39,336 nucleotides of DNA. Origin: Polymyxa betae A26-41. Lineage: Eukaryota; Protista; Endomyxa: Phytomyxea. The DNA lies in NCBI GenBank assembly GCA_003693705.1, contig RBZT01000349.1:1-39336 (forward strand), written 5' to 3'. Below are positions 33,556 to 39,336 of the stretch, piece by piece. Position 1 is the stretch's first letter. The number at the start of each line of letters is the position of its first letter. Position numbers and translations under genes: made by a program. A model generated the notes under the pieces. It did no database searches. It was not told the origin of the DNA and saw nothing but the letters and a program-made list of their open reading frames with translations.

Positions 33556-34580
33556 ATGGATGATCTCGTCATCGATATTGGATTCCTGGACGACGGTCAG
33601 GTCGATGAGGTTGAAGAACTGGATAACGAGCAGCAGCGTCTTGCTAAATATGATATTTTCAATGACGATGTGAAGCTGAGATCCCTACAGCCAGCTGTAA
33701 GGCCATTTAATGTCTTTTTTAACGCAAACTCTGAATAATGTATTGCAGTGGTTTATGTCGACTAAGATTTTAGAAGTAAATGCCTCGAAGCCATACTTGG
33801 ATAAGGCCATACAAGCCCAGATCCAGCAGCAAATTGAGTACCTATATGCTCGTGGCGAAAACTATGAGAAATGTGCCGAGCTGACTCAGACTCTTCTCAA
33901 GTTTTGCAAGCCGTTACCGATAACACGAAAGCTGTTGTATGATCTTATGGCTCGCTGTCTAATTAAGCTAAACCGGTTTTAAGATCGTGATCACGTTTCT
34001 CGAATCACTTATTTTCATAATAGTCCAAAGGAATCTATCCCTTTCCTAGAGAATCTGGTTTTATTATGTCGCAACAATATCGAAGGATATCGTATGCTAA
34101 CGAATGTTTACATGAAAATAGGACAACATCAAGGTATGCTGTATCTGTAATGAAGTGAATCTTGGCGTCTAAGAAATACTCCCAGAATGTTTCCAAGCTT
34201 TCGTGCATCTACTCAAGTCAACATTGGATTCACCCGAAACATGGGAACAACTTGCAAATGCTTTGTGGCATTTCGGTGAGTTGACGAAAACGTTATCTTT
34301 CGCTGATGTCTTAAGTTCAATTTCAGGCTATGAATCATGGGCCAGTATATCTGATCAACGATGCATTCTGCTATGCGAATCATTGTCAGAGCGTTACTCC
34401 TCAGCGAAGTTTTCCATTCCGTTTTACGATTCGATACGGGAACGTGTCTTACAGCGAACTCCCTCGACAAGTCCCCCGGCCGATCATGAGCTTCCAGCAG
34501 ATCTAATTCATTATCTGCAGAACGAAGCGGATTTCGGCCAAATCCATGACGATATCATATTGGATGCTAGAACAGAATGA
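33556..34580 (+). CDS. TPR-like protein, C8orf76-like; multi-exon
   Basis: Three short introns join LQPAWF, ENYEKCAEL, DLMARCLIKLNRPKESIPFLENL and SPETWEQLANALW, a pattern resembling C8orf76 by eye. Confidence 0.65.
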
Positions 34581-34818
34581 TTATTCAGTATTATAATACA
34601 TTCCTAACCTGCCCAAGGTTCCACCCTGAACGATACGCTGCGCGAGTTTTCACTGCAGATTTTATGCAAGTTGCTCGCTTTTTACGCAGTTCTTGTTTTT
34701 TTTTGCAGTTGCTGTTCAAATTCGTATGACGCAGTTTAATTTTCCGTTTAATATTGTCCCTTGGGTCGATCGAGCTGCGCCAAGACGGCCGTCCTTCGGG
34801 TCATAATCTGCTTTCAAG

Positions 34819-35741
34819 ATGATGAGCAGATTATCAGAATTGGCTGAGGCCGAGGAGGAGGCTAGATATCAGGTAGAGCGTCAGCGTCGTCTATTGCTGC
34901 TGCGATGCCGAGACGCGAGCCCTCCAAAGCCAGCGCCTGCTGCGGCAGCCCTAGATCCAGCTCAAGCTCCTCCTGAGCGGATCTCGGTCCCCATCCTGCC
35001 TGAACCCAGCCGGCATCGTTCTCCATCGCGAAGACAATCGTACGATAGGCGAAGAACGCCATCACCGAGGCGTCGATCGCGATCCCGGGATCGTCGGTCG
35101 TCGTTTCCGCGGTCCACTCGACATTCTCGCCCTCGACCTGACAGGCTTCGTAAGCGTAGTTGGTCTAGAGGTAAACGAAACAGAATCCGCTGTCTTTTTG
35201 TGGCGATAACGATTACTGATCAGGAAGGTCGGTATCGTCGAGTCGAAGTCGGTCTCGGAGCCCGAGGCGTCGTCCAGAGGAGGTTCGGCGCCGTGTTAGC
35301 GGGTTCGGTTTATCAACATACCGATCTGAATTCGAAGACCGACGTCTGGAGCGTCATGCTTCTGGTCCGCAGCCAGATAGAGCACATTTAACAAACTTAC
35401 TTCGAGAGACCATGATCGCTAATCGCAGGTATTATTGCTGCTTGTAATGTCCTCATCACCGTCGTTTGATGGATCAGTTTAGGCTTGATATCGAACAGCG
35501 TGATATGGCTATTCATCATCTGAGGAATATCGCCCCCGAAGATCTCGGTCGTCCTATTACGTTAATGTCGGAATGGTTGAACTCGAGTGATGGCGCTCTG
35601 AGACGTGATAATCCTCATGAAGATGATGATGATAATGGTGGTGGTTTACAGCCAGGTCTCGATATGTTTGGTAGAGAACCGCCACGTCATGAAACATATC
35701 AGGAGTTCAAAGCTCGCAAATTGGCCCAACAGCGCCAGTAA
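34819..35741 (+). CDS. Arg/Ser-rich (SR-like) hypothetical protein; multi-exon
   Basis: RSPSRR/RSRSR tracts continue across an intron at ~35171-35223 (SRSRSRSPRRR); last exon ends ETYQEFKARKLAQQRQ. Confidence 0.65.
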
Positions 35742-36029
35742 CTTCTTGTAAATATTTCTCTCTTTGCTCTGTCTTCACTATCGTTTATCACATCGATTGT
35801 CGTCTGATTTCTTGGAAAAGATGTCTGACTTGTTGAACGCTGTCACGTTTTTGAAGAATATCGCCTTCTTCGACTGTATTGGCGGTGGTGTTATAATTAA
35901 CATAGGCAGACTTAACTGAGCCGAAGTTGAACAAGTTATGCTGCAGCTGCTGCAGTTTCTCTTGCAGTGGAATCTCGCTCGGCCATTTTTAGGATGATGG
36001 GAATTTTCATGGGTTAGGTTTATTGTATG

Positions 36030-39000
36030 CTATGGTTCTGGAACTAATCGAATCAGTGCCAGTGCGGTTTTACTATCGACTTTATGTCGAAGAATGCTGA
36101 ATAGATCCGTGGCCGATTTATGAGTTAAAGCCTGGAATGTGTCCGATACGGATACCGCACGATGTATCCACGATATGAAATGATGGACTTCTATAGGACC
36201 ATCAGCAGGCAACACTGATTCAGTCCATGAACATTCGATTTGTTCGACTGTCTCAGTCCGCGTCCGTGTCGTACAACCTATCTGAGCTCGTATGCGGCAC
36301 AGGCCGCGCCTCAGATACGCAATCCGAACCCGATCTTGATGGCTGGCTTGGTCACAATCATATGCTGCCGATAACGAGTGATCCAGTACATTCATGATGA
36401 CCATATCTTGTGCCGACCATGTGTCTTGGACTGGATTGTCCTGCTCACGATACTGTTGCGATGTTTGGGTGGGTATAGTCCGTGGTCGGTGTCGGTTCAG
36501 GATCTGTACTGCTGTGTACGGTGTTGTGATCGTTGTCAGTAGATTGCGGGCTTGTTCCGGGTCCAGATTGTTCTTGTGTTCGTGATTGATCAGACGTACG
36601 TACTGGACCAGGGCTCGGATATGAGAACGACCTTGTTTTGTATGTCGATTTAACCAGAAGGGTAGAATATGATGATGAGGCCAATCTGTATATGCGTTAG
36701 TACATATAAACCAGTCTGTAATATCATTGTAATATCCCAGATATGATATTGGATCACGTATATATGATATATTATGTACTATGTGATCTGGTAATACATT
36801 TACTGTAGTATGGTCATTAGGCCAGATCTGATATTGTCCAATATATACAGTAATGATGTTACTCACTGAACCTGTATCGTTAATTAATTTCTTGTGGAGA
36901 AGTGCAGCTTCACGTAACGTAACACCAATCCATTCCACTGGAGTATTTGTGACATGTTCAGATGTCGGGGCTGGTTGTACAGTGATGTCTTGTAATGCTC
37001 GCTGGAATGAGATCCGATCTAGTCCGTCATTAGGACCGTGACGGTGTAAGTCGAAGACAGTGACAGAATCAGTCCCGAACTTGGCACAGAAACTGTCACG
37101 AGTGACACGACCTTCATCATTCGACATCATTTCATATAGCTGCTTAACTGTAAAGGGCGCTATCTGGATTGGGGCCGGGGCTGGTACGGTGCCAGGCCGG
37201 ACCTGAACTACACCGTAGAGCCGTGACGGAGAGCGTAACGCATCTCCGGATATGACAATGTCACCAATAAGTTGACATTCGAGTAGTGGTTGCAGAGTGT
37301 GATTTGATTGATATTCAGTCTGTATGATGGTGTGTGGCTCAATAAAGTTCCTCATAAAGTTCCTATTAATATTGATATGATGATATGTACGTGACAAATC
37401 CCATTCTGTATGTGATATTGATATCACAGACTCCATATAACACCATTCTTCATCAATATCCACACATAAACCACTCCGTAAACGTTCACGGACTAATTCC
37501 CACCAAGTCCGTGGTCGATCTGAGAATTGACACCACGCACCACGTTCCACTATACGTCTTCTTGCTAGACGTAACTGGCGGGCATTCTCAAACATATGAA
37601 GCCATGTTGTAGGGTGATTCTCATCAGAACGAGATGCGATTCGATGAACGAGATCACGGAGAGTGAGCGGGGCCTCCATCCGATCCAGTACGACTATGTG
37701 CAGGTCCGTGGACGGAGTAGCGGTTAACGCTGTAGTTAGTTGACGTAATGTAGTAATGGATGTGTCGACCAGGAGAAGGATTGAATTTGGGGTTTCAAGA
37801 ATGTTAGGGTTAGGGTTAGGGTTTCTGGTGTCCACCACCAGATCGTAACGGCCACACTCGGCGTCGTTAACGGTACCGCCCCGTATTACGCTGACCCGAT
37901 CCGAATACTGGCCGACGATACGGTCCGGACTTAGTGAACGACCTTGTAGTGATATTCTTGGCCTTCCTTCAAATAGACGTCCTACATCAAACACGCTCGT
38001 CTGGATATTATTGGTGCGGGTCAGTACGGCGGCACTGGCAGCGACAATGTCGTGTATCTGGTCCGGGCTTCGGAGTCCGTAACGGAGTGTGGCCAGTACG
38101 ATCTGACCCATATGGAGATCTGGATCATCAAATACGAACTTATCGCAGTTATTGAACACGGCACCGAGCCCGTACTGGACCCATTTCTGAATCCGACTGG
38201 AAGGACATCGAACGAAGTTCTCGGACAGGTAACGACTTAAGGCCGGACGTAAGTTGTCACGGATAAATTGATGGGATTCATGTAGGGCGCAGTCAGGACC
38301 TGGACATAAGGCCCCGACAGCCACGCATCGGTCCAGTACGGCCTGCAGGTCAATCGAGTCCGTTCGTGCTTCATATAGCATACGGATCAGATGGACTGTT
38401 AGATCGATACGATCTGCGGCATCCTTAATCAGATGACATTGTCCGTATGGTATAGAGATAGCATGAAGTGATGCACGAGGTCCGTAATATAACTCCGTCC
38501 TGGTAGTATCGAATAAAGAGAGGAAGGCGGAGTCCGATATCTGAGCCCCGGACTTGATAGTCTCAATAATAGCTTCATATTCATCATAATGTCCGATTCG
38601 GTCCGCCTCCATGCTGCGGGCCAGTACGACCGCCAGATCCCATTCGGATGTGATAATGACAGATTTCTCACATATATCAGCAGATATATAATCTCGAAGT
38701 TCCTGTTACATAGATAAGTGGGAAGTGGCCTGCACCGTATATATAATGTTACCAATACAGATTGATATCCACGTATAGTTCTACATAGAGGTGCACAATA
38801 CATAAATAATGATACATGACTGTAATATGTGACGGATCTGTCTAGCAGCTGTATCTGTTCTGGTTCCATACATACAAATATGTATTGATGTGTGGAAATA
38901 AGTCCGTATATAGGGATTATGATACCAGATACATCCAGCTCTGTATCATATTGTACAACTCCACTACGGACTTGTATATCCTGTAGTGTCTGCATCTGAC

Positions 39001-39336
39001 TTGGAGATAAAGTACGACCTAATGCGAATTGAAACACAAGTAGTCGCGGATCGAATGCGGCCCGGTCCGCACCAGTTCCCACCACGTGCTGGCCCCGGAC
39101 CAGTACGGCCGCCAACCGATCCGCATCTGTGAAGTGTTACGAATCTACTGGGATACGCAGGCAGCTGAGGCAAACAAAGAGTGGGTCTGTATTGATCTAA
39201 AGCATCGCGGTACACAGAACACGACCGTACTTGATCTTGACCAGATGACAGTCACTGAATCTAGGTCTAGTATCTCGAAGTAACATAATAGTCTCAAATG
39301 CGCAGTTCGGCGAGCGTCACGCAGTAACACTCCCTC
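36030..39336 (-). CDS. Large divergent hypothetical protein, 5' end outside the window; DUF3638-like segment
   Basis: A phase-0 50-nt intron at 38703-38752 joins the 38429-39115 frame to the 860-aa ORF frame; motif FDPRLLVFQFALGRTLSPSQ. Upstream exon structure unresolved; a further 3' exon near 35788-35975 is possible. Confidence 0.6.
37804..37821. repeat. (TTAGGG)3 telomere-like repeat inside a CDS
   Basis: ttagggttagggttaggg; encodes NPNPNPN on the minus strand. Confidence 0.8.

Overview
Gene-dense eukaryotic nuclear DNA in the standard genetic code, with very short spliceosomal introns (mostly 45-55 nt, GT-AG) and TTTTAGGG/TTAGGG-like motifs. This fits a compact protist genome, plausibly a phytomyxid rhizarian such as Spongospora or Plasmodiophora (inference). 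About 20 protein genes can be reconstructed by splicing: clathrin light chain, cytosolic HSP90, an LRR protein, a SIM-rich protein, FBPase, cyclin Q-like, a NIPA transporter, Fyv7/TAP26 with CCCH fingers, MAPEG/MGST3, NADPH-cytochrome P450 reductase, mitoferrin, CDC45, METTL9, a Cys-rich/TPPP-like protein, DDX51/Dbp6, glucosidase II alpha, a C8orf76-like TPR protein, an RS-rich protein and a large divergent DUF3638-like protein. The most interesting unexplained signals are: (1) a ~640-nt GC-rich, multibranched structured element between mitoferrin and CDC45; (2) an ATG-less ORF overlapped by a short upstream ORF in +1-frameshift geometry, with faint antizyme resemblance and a structured 3' UTR; (3) a small secreted-protein gene, missed by the ORF track, with a stop codon at the signal-peptide cleavage site; (4) a TTAA-flanked piggyBac-like MITE; (5) strong GC/AT patchiness inside coding regions. 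All family calls are by-eye motif recognition; no searches or folding programs were run.
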